The notes under the pieces were generated by a model. The model saw only the letters and a program-made list of their open reading frames with translations, did not search any database and was not told the origin of the DNA. From Macrostomum lignano (Eukaryota): DNA of 64,000 nucleotides. Both the position numbers and the translations under genes were made by a program. Position 1 is the first letter of the stretch; each line of letters begins with the position of its first letter. This document shows positions 23,100 to 36,719 of this stretch, piece by piece. The stretch spans positions 62,001-126,000 of the forward strand of contig NIVC01002989.1 in the NCBI GenBank assembly GCA_002269645.1, given 5' to 3'.

Positions 23100-23685
23100 T
23101 TAAACTCTGTTGCTGAAGCTTAGATTCTGTTGCTAAGAGGTAAACCTTGTTGCTAAGGTGTAGATCCTGTTGCTAAGGGGTAAACCTTGTTGCTAAGGTG
23201 TAGATCCTGTTGCTAGGGTTGTAGATCCTGTTGCTAAAGTGTAGATCCCGTTACTAAGGTGTAGATCCTGTTGCTAGGGTGTAGATCCTGTTGCTAAGGG
23301 GTAAACCCTGTTGCTAAGGTGTAGATCCTGTTGCTAAGGGGTAAACCCTGTTGCTAAGGTGTAGATCTTTTTGCTAGGGAGTAGATCCTGTTGCTAGGGT
23401 GTAGATCCTGTTGCTAAGGGGTAAACCCTGTTGCTAAGGTGTAGATCCTGTTGCTAAGGGGTAAATCCTGTTGCTAAGTTGTAGATCCTGTTGCTAAGTT
23501 GTAGATCATGTTGCAAAGGGGGTAAATCCTGTTGCTAAGGGGTAAACCCTGTTGCTAAGGTGTAGATCCTGTTGCTAAGGGGGTAAATCCTGTTGCTAAG
23601 GGGTAAACCCTGTTGCTAAGGTGTAGATCCTGTTGCAAAGGGGGTAAACCCTGTTGCTAAGGCGAAAATCTTGTTGCTAAGGGGA
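23100..23685. repeat. ~20-bp minisatellite (TGTTGCTAAGGTGTAGATCC)
   Basis: About 29 imperfect units. Confidence 0.9.
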
Positions 23686-23822
23686 AGCCTCGCGCACTAT
23701 TAAGCCTTCAAAAAGTTGTCAATACGATTTAAAAGTTATTTACGCTCTATTTTACTACCCCTTTAAGCTGGCCCTTGAAACAACAGTAGAAAACGGAGAA
23801 ATCCTGCAAAACTGCCCACAAT

Positions 23823-24551
23823 TCAAGCGTCTTTCTTCACCTCCTGCTCCTGGCCCTCCAGCCTGGCCAGCTTCTTGCGCAGCTGTTCGTTCTCCTCGGC
23901 CAGCTCGTCGAACGCCCGACCAGCGCTGGTGCCCTGCGACGTCATTGCCTCCAGACTGGCCTGGGCCTTGCGCAGCTCCGCCTCGGTGTCCTTCAGCCGG
24001 TCGCGCAGCTTCTTAACTTCATCTTTAGTAGCCTGAGCGTCGGCGTCTCCGCCTCCGGCTCCAGCAGCGGCGGCCGACGTCGAAGAGGTTGAAGACTCCA
24101 TGAGCCGCTTAGCCGTGATGGTGGCGCCGTCCAGCTGTCGCTGAGCAGCCAGAAGGTCGGCCTCGGTCAGAGCCCGCTGCGACACGGACCGCACCATCCA
24201 CTTGAGCACAAGCCAGAGCAGCAGGGCGCCGCCAGCTATGTAGAGATTGCGCTGAGCTCGGAACATTCGCATCAGGCAGAGCGCGTGGCCCTGCGGGTTG
24301 ACTTTCTCTTCCACTTGGTCGGCCTCTAGCGAGTGCTTCCTGGCGCTGCGGAAGCCGTCAAGCACGGCCAGCACTAGCAGGGCCAGGAACATGTTAAAGT
24401 ACACGTTGCCCCAGGCGTCCAGGCGTCTCAGCAGGCGGGAACGGAATATCTTGCGCCAGCGCTGTACGCTGAACACTGGCAGCATTAGGGCTATCGCTGC
24501 GGCTATCTCAGCATAGAGAAAGCCGGCCACAATTGTCCACTGGAGAGTCAT
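23823..24551 (-). CDS. BCAP31: B-cell receptor-associated protein 31/29 homologue (ER membrane protein), single coding exon
   Basis: Starts MTLQWTIVAGFLYAEI...LPVFSVQRWRKIF. Contains MRMFRAQRNLYIAG, three hydrophobic segments, a C-terminal coiled coil and a terminal KKDA (KKxx ER-retrieval) motif. Confidence 0.95.
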   Translation of the reverse strand: MTLQWTIVAGFLYAEIAAAIALMLPVFSVQRWRKIFRSRLLRRLDAWGNVYFNMFLALLVLAVLDGFRSARKHSLEADQVEEKVNPQGHALCLMRMFRAQRNLYIAGGALLLWLVLKWMVRSVSQRALTEADLLAAQRQLDGATITAKRLMESSTSSTSAAAAGAGGGDADAQATKDEVKKLRDRLKDTEAELRKAQASLEAMTSQGTSAGRAFDELAEENEQLRKKLARLEGQEQEVKKDA

Positions 24552-27500
24552 GACTAACTAAGCTGGGATTAGCGGAGCTGCATGCATTAATATAAGATGC
24601 AGTTTGGTACTTATTTTTCTATCAGAAAGTACATGCCTAACACCCGGCCGGGGTGGCGAGAGGCCTGGCCAAGATAACTCGCAAAAATGCCGACCCAAGA
24701 AACACAGATGTAGTACTAATTAGATTTCGAGGCATTTAGCCTTAACAATACAGTTATAGTTACTCCTTCCGGTTACCTAAAATTTCATAAGTAAGTCACA
24801 TTTTGGCAAAAAGTTGCATGGCTGGGTGAAATTTCGACATTGGGCATGTATGTATCAGAAGCATCAATACTACAAATCAAAGCCTCATGGTGAAAATTCT
24901 ACTATTAGTAGTAATACACAATAGGCATCAATGGACAAATTCAGGGTAAGATTTTTGGCAGCAAAATAAGATTTTATTGTTAAGAGTGAAATTTACTTTA
25001 GTAATTGCTTTATTTGTGCCATAAGCAATAACCTTAGTGATATAGATAAGACTTGAGTGCCAATTAATTGTCATAAATATGGTTTCAATGTCAATTTAGC
25101 TATATAAATGGCACTATATACAACATAATACTATACATTGTGTACACTATTGAGATAGGCCTTATTCTTTATTCTTTAACAATGATTTCCTATAAAGTAT
25201 TGTATTTGAAAGTATGCCAATTTGTTTAACCATGTATAAAATCAGAAATATTGTAAATATTAAAAATTAATATCTCAGAGGATAGAAATTAGCCCTGGGA
25301 CACTATTGACTAAATAATAAACAATTGGTAACCATAGTGTTACATTGATTGCAATTTGTCTAAATGATTTATTTTTTATTATAAAAAACTAGCTAAACTC
25401 TAATTATAATAATTTTTTTAAATTCAAACTGCCATATTTAACTTTTTAAATGTTGTATCAATGTTATAACTATTGAAAAATTATATCACAAAACACATGT
25501 GCAACACAAATTGACTTAAAATACACTGGCTATACAACTTAGTTTTAACTGAAAATGCAAGTTTTTGCAATAACTTACCTAAAAACAAACTAAAAAAATC
25601 TTGATTTGTTATAAAATTTTGTCAAAAAGTTGAAATTGTCAAAAAGGCATAATCAGTTTTGAGATCCAGACCTAAGCTACCACAATTAATGATAGCTATA
25701 TTAGCTAGATTGATTAGTACTAGTACTTATAGTTTGGTATATAGGAAATATAAGATTTTTTATATATTCATTTTTGACTTAAATCTAGGCTTTTTATTAT
25801 TGCAAAAAGTGACTACAACTAATATAAGGTATCTAATCTTAAATATTATCACAATACTACAATAGCTAACCAAGCCAATTGAAAATTCATTAGTAGATAT
25901 TTAATCTATCTTAGTAGATAGTTGGAACATATTTAATACATCTAATCATTCATCTAATACATATGAATTTGATCTTGTAATTCCAATAAATATATTGTGA
26001 CTATCACCTTTTTGACTATTATCTTTTTGTCAATCTATTGCCCTTTTAATCAGTTTCAAGTCATTTTTATCTAAAACTTGTTTTTTATTGATATTTATGA
26101 TATAAATCCTTTTACTTAAGTTAACCAATTTTAGTTTTGTAAAATCTATGTTCAATAATATGTAATAGGTCTCAGTTTTATAATGAAATTTCTTAGAAAA
26201 TTGAATTTAAAAATATTATTATTATATTATTATATTATATTACATAAATATTATAAATATTTCTTATACTCAATAGATTTTGTATATTGTTGTTTGTTTT
26301 AAAGAGTAAACTATAGTAGAAGAAATAGCCCTAGCACAACTTTGGTTAGTCTTTAGGGTTAGGCCTATTATAGACACTATCACAACTTTTGATAGCAGCA
26401 ATTGAGATTTAAAGAGAGGGGTTTGAGGCCATAGTGTGGAAGGATTTCTGTATACAACAGAAGGTAAATTTTCATTTTGGCCTGTTGTACGATAGTATGA
26501 CAGGGATTGGAAAATGGTACTAGTGTTGTACGACAGAGTTAGAGTTTAAGGAAGTGCTGTATGACAAAAATAGTGGCACTTACATAGTAATGTAAGGTGT
26601 TGGTAGTAAAAGTTGGTAGTAAAAAGTCAACTTTTTGAATATGTGGGTAGGTGCGGGAAATTCTTGATATTGCATTTTTTTAATATGCAAAGTAAAACAA
26701 CAGATATATTGTACTTTTCTGCTTGCAATGTCAAGTATAGTTTTACGCCAATAAAATTGAATTTAAGAGTTTGTACGAATATAATACTGATAATTTAAAT
26801 TACCCTTTGAGTGGAAAAGTGCAACTATTGAATTTTTACTTCTTTGCTTCAACGCAATACGTTAACAACGATGTTATGAGTTAGTTACGAGACTACGAGT
26901 ATCTGGTACTGGTGTCCGACTGTCCATCAAAGGAAGACTAACTATGTCTATACTTTATATATGAGTCGTATGACATTGACAAGTGTACGACAGACAGACA
27001 TGTAACATGTTTACATGTACAACAGTGTACGACATAGCACCCCCCAAAAATTAGCGATGTACGACATGTACGACAGGCGATCCCTGTGTATGACGGAGAT
27101 TTCTGGCGTATACCCATCTTTCCGCACTATGGGTTTGAGGCTTGAGCCCTTTGACGACAACTTGGTGCCAGCTTTAGGTTTAAGTGATATTAGAGAAGTA
27201 GCCCCCTATATCAACTTAGTGACAGTGGGTGATTGTTAAAGAGAGAAATTAGACCCCTATGTCAACTTGGTAGCATAAGTGGAATTTTAGAGAGAGTAGA
27301 AGTACAACCACTATCATAACTTGGTGGCTTACTTAGTGGTGGAATTGAAGTCAACCCTATGTCAAATCTATCATTTTTAGCTTTTTATCCTTTAGGCCCC
27401 TATCTATGAATAAAAATATCCAAAATGGTAAAACCTTTGCAATATAGCCTAAAAGACAGTTTTGACCTAAAATGCATGGGGTGGGGACCACAGGGACCAC

Positions 27501-29589
27501 ATAAAAAACATTTGTTGCCAATTTTTGCTATAGCCTACGGCTTTAATTCCTTTTTCCTCTTGTAGTAGCTAGACATAATTATTTAGCATATATTGAAAGT
27601 TGTTTCTTGACAAGGGGCAAAATTTAAGCTAATCTGTTGAAAAAGTAAAAAGAAAAACAGTGATAATTTTGTCAAAATTTCAACTATGCATATTGGCAAT
27701 TCACCTTGGCAAGTCGCCCTCACTAAAGACAAAGTTCCTAACAATAATTGTTTCTAGAGTATTTCATTACATTAGGTATTTCTATTAGATTATAGATTAG
27801 ATATATTTAGTATGCGCCATGAGGTATGTAGTTGTACTTATTGAGCTATTTCCATCTATGTCAGTGTTCTCATATTTGTCTGACGTTCTATTCTAATCTG
27901 CATGTGTACCCCTTGGAAAATACGAAGCGAATATTTCTTCTTGAAACCAACCCTATCGCGCAATTCTTCTATGACTAGTTTAATTAATAATTAAAATTAA
28001 GTTGATGTCAGATTATATGACTAATGTCATATATGATGACAAATGATGCTTTTCAAATTAGCGCTGATACGATTTGCATAGAAAAACGAAGCAAGTAGAG
28101 AGACGATAAGAGCACTTATTAGATATTCTTAGAAAGACAAATATTTTAGTGCTATAATTCGGCTTTATTGTAACTGTAAAAAATCACGATTAAACCCTAA
28201 CAGACATATTTTATAGTTATCGTGCTTTGTAACAATCTGGTTAACACGTTAATTTACAATGTTACATTTATTATTCTAGTTATTCCTAGTGGCTGCGCCG
28301 ATGCAGGCGGGGCAGAGGGGCTGCAGCCTCCGGGTCACCATGCACCCTCCTACCTCCCTGGGGGCCGAGGGGTGACCCCCAGGTCATCCCATCCTCCGTG
28401 GGATGACCAACCATAGTTTTTTAGTATGCGTTTTTGTGAGATTTAAGCGTAATGCCGTTGCTCTAATTCTAAAAATTCGCTGGAGGAGGGGATGACCAGC
28501 CAACCACCGCCCCCTCCTAATCGGAGGTGCTGGGCCACCACGAGCATTCCAGAATCCATTGTCTGGACGTCGTCTTTGTGCGAGATTTGCTTTCGCTGAT
28601 TTGCTCTTTTTGCGCAGAGGGACAGCGTTTTGTAATTTGAGAGTCAAATTTTTAACGGATTACAGTAGTAGTTTATACATATGGTAGCTATCTAGCCTTG
28701 TACATCAAGCAGTACATTATCGAGAGTAAATGTATCGACAATACTAGGCATGAAACTATACTAGGAAAATGAAGCGGCAGCTGCTATGAGACTACAAGTG
28801 AGCGCTTAAGGTATGAATTTTTATGAGCCGGTACTGCATCCTGCATGCTCGTATTGCCGCTATAGAATTAGCCCTTTACTACATGTAAGTTGACTCGAAA
28901 CGAGGCTGAAATGCAAGAAATTACATGTATAGCTAGTCCATCCGCAGGAGGATGTCTAACAAAAAACAACCACGTGTATACTATTTGCGATTCATACATA
29001 CTATAGTACATTTAAAATCGCTAAAAACAAAATGGTTATAGTCTACAATAAAGGTCTGAGATTGAAATTATGTATACGTAAGATTGTAATTTTCTTGCTT
29101 GTGCCCATGCATAGCGCATATAGTAAAGTGGAAAAAATATTAATCAAATAACTTTTAAAGATGAACAAACAACAAAAAATCAAATATTTGTTTGAATCAA
29201 AATTAACCGAGTGTATGTATACTCGCATATATAATTTGCTCCGGACTTGATGCAGGAAAAAGTCATTGTTGATATATTTTAGTTGGACGTTGATTTTAGT
29301 TATCGATAATCTTGGGCGGTTGCAATAGCAGGCAGAAACTCTTAAAGTGACACGGCTGCAGACTGAAAACAAATTATGTTGATACTGGAATTTTCCACTG
29401 ACCAGATAAAGCATGCTCTAAACTGAACCTTTGAGGAAATCGGCCTTCAAATCGTAGACTCATGAAATTAAGTGTTGTTTTTCCAAACATGCGACATCTG
29501 ACCAAAAACAAACATTAAGGACGCTTCATCGCTTTCTAGCAATAAACTTAAGATTTCTCATCTTGTGTGTTGTGGACTTACGAAACTAT

Positions 29590-29998
29590 AAAAAACACTG
29601 TTTTAGCACAATCCAACCTAGACACACTGTTTTACCACAGACAAAACCATAGACACACTGTTTTACCATAGACGAAACCGTCAACACACTGATTTACCAT
29701 AGACATACCATAGACAAAACCGTAGACACACTGTTTTACCACAGAAAAAACAATAGACACACTGTTTTACCACAGACAAAACCATAGACACACTGTTTTA
29801 CCACAGACAAAACCATAGACACACTGTTTTACCATAGACAAAACCATAGACACACTGTTTTACCATAGACAAAACCATAGACACACTGTTTTACCACAGA
29901 CAAAACCATAGACACACTGTTTTACCACAGACAAAACCATAGACACACTGTTTTACCACAGACAAAACCATAGACACACTGTTTTACCATAGACAAAA
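29590..29998. repeat. ~31-bp minisatellite (GACACACTGTTTTACCAYAGACAAAACCATA)
   Basis: About 12 units. Confidence 0.9.
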
Positions 29999-30083
29999 CG
30001 CCACAAAGCTCAGTGTTACATATATAGTTTCAGATGAGATCTCCAGTTTCCTTGCTTGGCTCAGCCGCATCACCAGTTGGCTG

Positions 30084-33000
30084 CTAACGCCGAAGTAGAT
30101 GTTCGACCTGCTGCCGTGTGAAGCCGACCAGCGCGTCCAACGCCACCGATGTCCGGTGGGAGAGGCAGCCGCCGCTGCCCATCAGCGCCTCAGATCGTTT
30201 CCTTCGATAATTGCCGTACCGAGCCGGGTTGAAGTTCTCCCTGGCAACCAGTTCGTTGGGAAAGGCGCCGTAGCAACCGTTGGCTCGCTGCCAGGACAGG
30301 ACGGCGCGGCGCCAGCTTGGCTGTCCGAATTCAGCGACGTAGCCAGAGGCGGAGCAAAGGCCGACTGAGGGAGATATTAGTTTGTCTGTTTGTTTGGGAA
30401 TCGGGAATTGGGAAATAGGAATCGGGAATCGGGAATCGGGTATTGGGAATTGGGAATCGGGCATTGGGAATTGGGAATCGGGCATTGGGAATTGGGAATC
30501 GGGAATTGGGAATTGGGAATTGGGAATCGGGAATTGGGAATTGGGAATCGGGAATCGGGAATCGGGAATTGGGAATCGGGAATCGGGAATTGGGAATTGG
30601 GAATTGGGAATCGGGAATCGGGAAATCGAGAATTGGGAATTGGGAATCGGGAATTAGAAATTGGGAATTGGGAATTGGGAATTGGGAATTGGGAATTGGG
30701 AATCGGGAAATCGAGAATTGGGAATTGGGAATCGGGAATTAGAAATTGGGAATTGGGAATTGGGAATTGGGAATTGGGAATTGGGAATCGGGAAATCGAG
30801 AATTGGGAATTGGGAATCGGGAATTAGAAATTGGGAATTGGGAATTGGGAATTGGGAATTGTGAATCTGGGATATCAGTTCGGAATTAAAATTCTTGTTC
30901 AGACGGGATTCCTCTGGCATTATTCTCCGTGAAGGTGTTATGGATTTCTCGCCAGACCGAATTACTCTACTAACAGTAGCAAGAGCGCGCAAGGCTCACT
31001 CTGTTCCATAAAGAGATCGCGATTTATGACGGGAAATCCCGCGGCCTCCTGCTCCGCGGCCGCCACGAGAATTCGGCCGCAGAATTTGTCCAGCAGGCGC
31101 TGCAGGGGGCTGCCATCGCCCGACAGATCGACAGAGGCGGGTCGCGATTGAGCCAACTCAGTCAGGTTGTAGAGGCAGTTGGCCTGGAGGGAGGCGGGCG
31201 AAGGAGGACTCAGCGGTCAACACGCGCTTTGTCACACGAACTTCCATGCATTAACTAACCCTACTCACATTGATTCCGCTCAGCAAATAGAAAACCTGAT
31301 GGGTCAGGTAGTAGTCTCGACGGCCTTCGGATCTGACCATGGCGTCCCAGCAGCGATGCGAGATGGTGCAAGGAGGCTGGCTGAAAATGGTGGGTTAGGA
31401 TTTTTTGGGAATAGTATGAATTTATGTTTCTTTGGGATTGGGCAGATTAGGGGTGCGTAGGGGTGTGCGATATGCTCGGGTTGAGTAGGGTGTTGGATCG
31501 GGTTGAGTAGGGGTGTGAGATCGGGTTGAGTAGGGGTGTGGGATCGGGTTGAGTAGGGGTGTGGGATCGGGTTGAGTAGGGGTGTGGGATCGGGTTGAGT
31601 AGGGGTGTGGGATCGGGTTGAGTAGGGGTGTGGGATCGGGTTGAGTAGGGGTGTGGGATCGGGTTGAGTAGGGGTGTGGGATCGGGTTGAGTAGGGGTGT
31701 GGGATCGGGTTGAGTAGGGGTGTGGGATCGGGTTGAGTAGGGGTGTGGGATCGGGTTGAGTAGGGGTGTGTGATCAGGTTGAGTAGGGGTGTGGGATCGG
31801 GTTGAGTAGGGGTGTGGGATCGGGTTGAGTAGGGGTGTGGGATCGGGTTGAGTAGGGGTGTGGGATCGGGTTGAGTAGGGGTGTGTGATCAGGTTGAGTA
31901 GGGGTGTGGGATCGGGTTGAGTAGGGGTGTTGGATCGGGTTGAGTAGGGGTGTGGGATCGGGTTGAGTAGGGGTGTGGGATCGGGTTGAGTAGGGGTGTG
32001 GGATCGGGTTGAGTAGGGGTGTGGGATCGGGTTGAGTAGGGGTGTGGGATCGGGTTGAGTAGGGGTGTGGGATCAGGTTGAGTAGGGGTGTGGGATCGGG
32101 TTGAGTAGGGGTGTGGGATCGGGTTGAGTAGGGGTGTGGGATCGGGTTGAGTAGGGGTGTGAGATCGGGTTGAGTAGGGGTGTGGGATCGGGTTGAGTAG
32201 GGGTGTGGGATCGGGTTGAGTAGGGGTGTGAGATCGGGTTGAGTAGGGGTGTGGGATCGGGTTGAGTAGGGGTGTGAGATCGGGTTGAGTAGGGGTGTGG
32301 GATCGGGTTGAGTAGGGGTGTTGGATCGGGTTGAGTAGGGGTGTGGGATCGGGTTGAGTAGGGGTGTGGGATCGGGTTGAGTAGGGGTGTGGGATCAGGT
32401 TGAGTAGGGGTGTGGGATCGGGTTGAGTAGGGGTGTGGGATCGGGTTGAGTAGGGGTGTGGGATCGGGTTGAGTAGGGGTGTGGGATCGGGTTGAGTAGG
32501 GGTGGGTGATCGGGTTGAGTAGGGGTGTGGGATCGGGTTGAGTAGGGGTGTGGGATCGGGTTGAGTAGGGGTGTGGGATCGGGTTGAGAAGGGGTTTGGG
32601 ATCGGGTTAAGAAGGGTGTGGAACTCGAGGCGAGGTGATTGCACGTCAATGGCACACAGAAGTCGCACCCATCCCTGCCGTAGAACTCGTGAATGCAGTC
32701 GTCGCTGAACTTCTCATCGAATCCGTCCTCCTCCTGATTGTCTCCGCTTGCAGCTGCGTCTCTCGTCGCGGCGGCCTCCTCCAGCAGCGCGGCGGCGAAG
32801 CGGAGCGACAGCCTCCGGCTGGGGAAGAAAATGTCCCACGAGTGGTCGGCGATCAGCTGACCAGCGTCTGCGATTAAGCAATAAGTTTGCGAACTACTCT
32901 ACTGTCAGTAAAAACACAAGAGTTTTTTTGGACATGCATATTACAATTAATTGTCAACTCACTGGCGTAGTACACTGGAGTATTCTTTTGCACAGCTTTT

Positions 33001-34244
33001 GCCGTTTCCTTGGCAACCAGGCTGGCGCGTTGTTGAATCGATTTCAGTCGGGCCACCAGCCAGAGGGGCAGGCGGGACCAGTAGTTGGATAGGAGGGCAC
33101 CGAACTGACCTGCGCGTGGGGTGTGGCCGCCAGTGCTTTAGCGGAGACAGGGGAGAGACAGGGGAGAGACAGGGGAGAGACAGTGGAGAGACAGGGGAGA
33201 GACAGGGGAGAGACAGGGGAGAGACAGGGGAGAGACAGGGGAGAGACAGGGGAGGCAGACAGGGGAGAGACAGGGGAGGCAGACAGGGGAGACAGACAGG
33301 GGAGAGACAGGGGAGAGACAGCGAGAGAGACAGGGGAGAGACAGGGGAGAGACAGGGGAGAGACAAGGGAGAGACAGGGGAGAGACAGGGGAGAGACAGG
33401 GGAGGCAGACAGGGGAGGCAGACAGGGGAGGCAGACAGGGGAGAGACAGGGGAGGCAGACAGGGGAGAGACAGGGGAGAGACAGGGAAGAGACAGGGGAG
33501 AGACAGGGGAGGCAGACAGGGGAGAGACAGGGGAGAGACAGGGGAGAGACAGGGGAGAGACATTGGAGGCAGACAGGGGAGAGACAGGGGAGAGACAGGG
33601 GAGAGACAGGGGAGAGACAGGGGAGAGACAGGGGAGAGACATTGGAGGCAGACAGGGGAGAGACAGGGGAGGCAGACAGGGGAGACAGACAGGGGAGAGA
33701 CAGGGGAGGCAGACAGGGGAGACAGACAGGGGAGAGACAGGGGAGAGACAGGGGAGAGACAGGGGAGAGACAGGGGAGAGACATTGGAGGCAGACAGGGG
33801 AGAGACAGGGGAGGCAGACAGGGGAGACAGACAGGGGAGAGACAGGGGAGAGACAGGGGAGAGACAGGGGAGAGACAGGGGAGAGACAGGGGAGAGGCAG
33901 GGGAGAGACAGGGAGAGAGACAGGGGAGAGACAGGGGAGAGACAGGAAAGAGACAGGGGAGAGACAGGGGAGAGACAGGGGAGACAGGGGAGAGACAGGG
34001 GAGACAGGGAGAGACAGGGAGAGAAAGGTTACTTCTTACCCTCCACCGTCCGCAGGCCGATGCCGCCATCAAGATTTGCTGTCTCGCTGTGGCCGCCCAT
34101 GAAGGCCACCGCCCTGTCCAAGGCGTCCAGAGTGTCGATTAGGGCGGCTTCGCCAGCCCTGCGGCGGCCGGCCGAGGCGGCGGGGGCTGCCAGCAGGCAG
34201 CAGCAGGCGACTGCGATGGCGAGCCGCTGGAATTTCGAGCTCAT
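30084..34244 (-). CDS. C16orf89: UPF0764 protein C16orf89 homologue (secreted). Exons 34244-34040, 33109-32963, 32867-32669, 31380-31269, 31183-31000, 30364-30084
   Basis: Signal peptide [25 protein letters not shown]. Recognisable motifs: [52 protein letters not shown]...[21 protein letters not shown]. All five introns are GT-AG with matching phases (1,1,2,0,1). Confidence 0.9.
30397..30860. repeat. 7-bp (GGGAATT/GGGAATC)n intronic array
   Basis: Fills C16orf89 intron 5. Confidence 0.95.
31478..32615. repeat. 23-bp minisatellite (GATCGGGTTGAGTAGGGGTGTGG)
   Basis: About 49 units in C16orf89 intron 3. Confidence 0.95.
33143..34023. repeat. 11-bp purine-rich minisatellite (GAGACAGGGGA)
   Basis: Fills C16orf89 intron 1. 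Confidence 0.95.
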
Positions 34245-34473
34245 GTCGCTGGCGCTGCGAGGCGAGAGTTTTAGGTGCCAAGTTTTCATTTTGTTGTTCG
34301 ACTTCAATACCAAAAATCTTGTCACATTTTCGCAAATGTCACAGGTTCAATTCTGTCCCATGGCACCACAGTCTTGCTTCTCAGTGATGTTTTCTAATTG
34401 ACTTGCTGGTTTTGTTCTTGCTTTAAGATTTCTGTCTTTTCTTGCTTATGAGTACTAGCTCGATACCTGCCTG

Positions 34474-34982
<509 letters not shown>

Positions 34983-35277
34983 GTGTCGGCCGACTATTTC
35001 TAGGAAACAGGTTGTTCACCTGGTTCCCCGCACTAGGCTACAATTAACAGTTGCCAGAGCTAAAAGTAGTGATTGTCCGAGGCAGCACACTGCTGATTGC
35101 AGGCCAGAGGCCACCAAAATCACAGGTTTTATCTGCAGGGTGTTGATCAGCAGCAGTTATCTCCGATTTCAGTTTGTTAAGTCAATAGTATAGGAAATTC
35201 AAGAGGGATGACTGTAGCTCAAGGCGGTGATATGAAATACAATATACATGTTACATTGCGTCTGCATGTAGCTTATC

Positions 35278-35577
35278 TCCCGAATCCCGCATCCCGAATC
35301 CCGCATCCCGAATCCCGCATCCCGAATCCCGCATCCCGAATCCCGCATCCCGAATCCCGCATCCCGAATCCCGCATCCCGAATCCCGCATCCCGAATCCC
35401 GCATCCCGAATCCCGCATCCCGAATCCCGCATCCCGAATCCCGCATCCCGAATCCCGCATCCCGAATCCCGCATCCCGAATCCCGCATCCCGAATCCCGC
35501 ATCCCGAATCCCGCATCCCGAATCCCGCATCCCGAATCCCGCATCCCGAATCCCGCATCCCGAATCCCGCATCCCGA

Positions 35578-35614
<37 letters not shown>

Positions 35615-35737
35615 CCCGAATCCCGCATCCCGAATCCCGCATCCCGCATCCCGAATTCCGAATCCCGCATCCCGAATCCCGCATCCCGAATCCCGCATCC
35701 CGAATCCCGCATCCCGAATCCCGCATCCCGAATCCCA

Positions 35738-35768
<31 letters not shown>

Positions 35769-35878
35769 CCCGAATCCCGCATCCCGAATCCCGCATCCCG
35801 AATCCCGCATCCCGAATCCCGCATCCCGAATCCCGCATCCCGAATCCCGCATCCCGAATCCCACATCCCGCATCCCAA
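35278..35878. repeat. 14-bp (CCCGAAT CCCGCAT)n array
   Basis: Direct reading. Confidence 0.95.
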
Positions 35879-36366
35879 ATTCAGATTTCAAATTCAGATA
35901 TCAAATTTATACTCAGAGTTGTGAATTCTTAATCTACGAAGCAATTACAAGTCCAGAACTCCAGATCTCCAATTCATTTTCTAAGAAAGCAGGATGCCAG
36001 ATTCCAGAGCCGTAAGAGTCGTGAGATTTTGGCGCTTCTACAATGAACTCGCAGCCATCCAAAGCAGAAGAAAGCTTTGGGCGGCCGTCGAATTCCCGAA
36101 AGCGAACTGGGGCTCCGGGCGCCCGAGACTGATCCCCTGGCGCTCGCCTTCTCCCTCAAGTTGGATGCCGCCGTCTCGTCTTGTTGCTTGGCGATTTCGG
36201 AACACAACAGGAAATGCTCCAGCTGCCCTCCGGGTGGCTGGCGAATCCCATTAATCTTTCCCAGCCCGTCATCCGGTCCTAATCCCCCCGCAGCAGACTC
36301 GGGTCTGGCGGAGGGCGGAGATTCACTGTTTCCAGCTTCCCGATTTCTTAGAAACAGCCTGAGATT

Positions 36367-36367
36367 C

Positions 36368-36448
<81 letters not shown>

Positions 36449-36451
36449 GGC

Positions 36452-36502
<51 letters not shown>
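36367..36502. repeat. (CAGA)n microsatellite
   Basis: Direct reading. Confidence 0.95.
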
Positions 36503-36503
<1 letters not shown>

Positions 36504-36719
36504 CCGACGGAGAAATAGCTTATATTCAGCCTTGGGGCGGCTGTTTTTTCAATTTTCGCCGTTTCGGTTCAACAGACGGAACGCATCTGGTGGGGCAAAC
36601 AGATCGAGTTTCCATCGATTCGATTTTTCCGCGATTTTACTCGAATAAAATAACAGACTCAAAATATCGAATTTTTATCGTAAAGTTCCAGATCAAGAAC
36701 GGCAAAGCCTAAATCGGAG

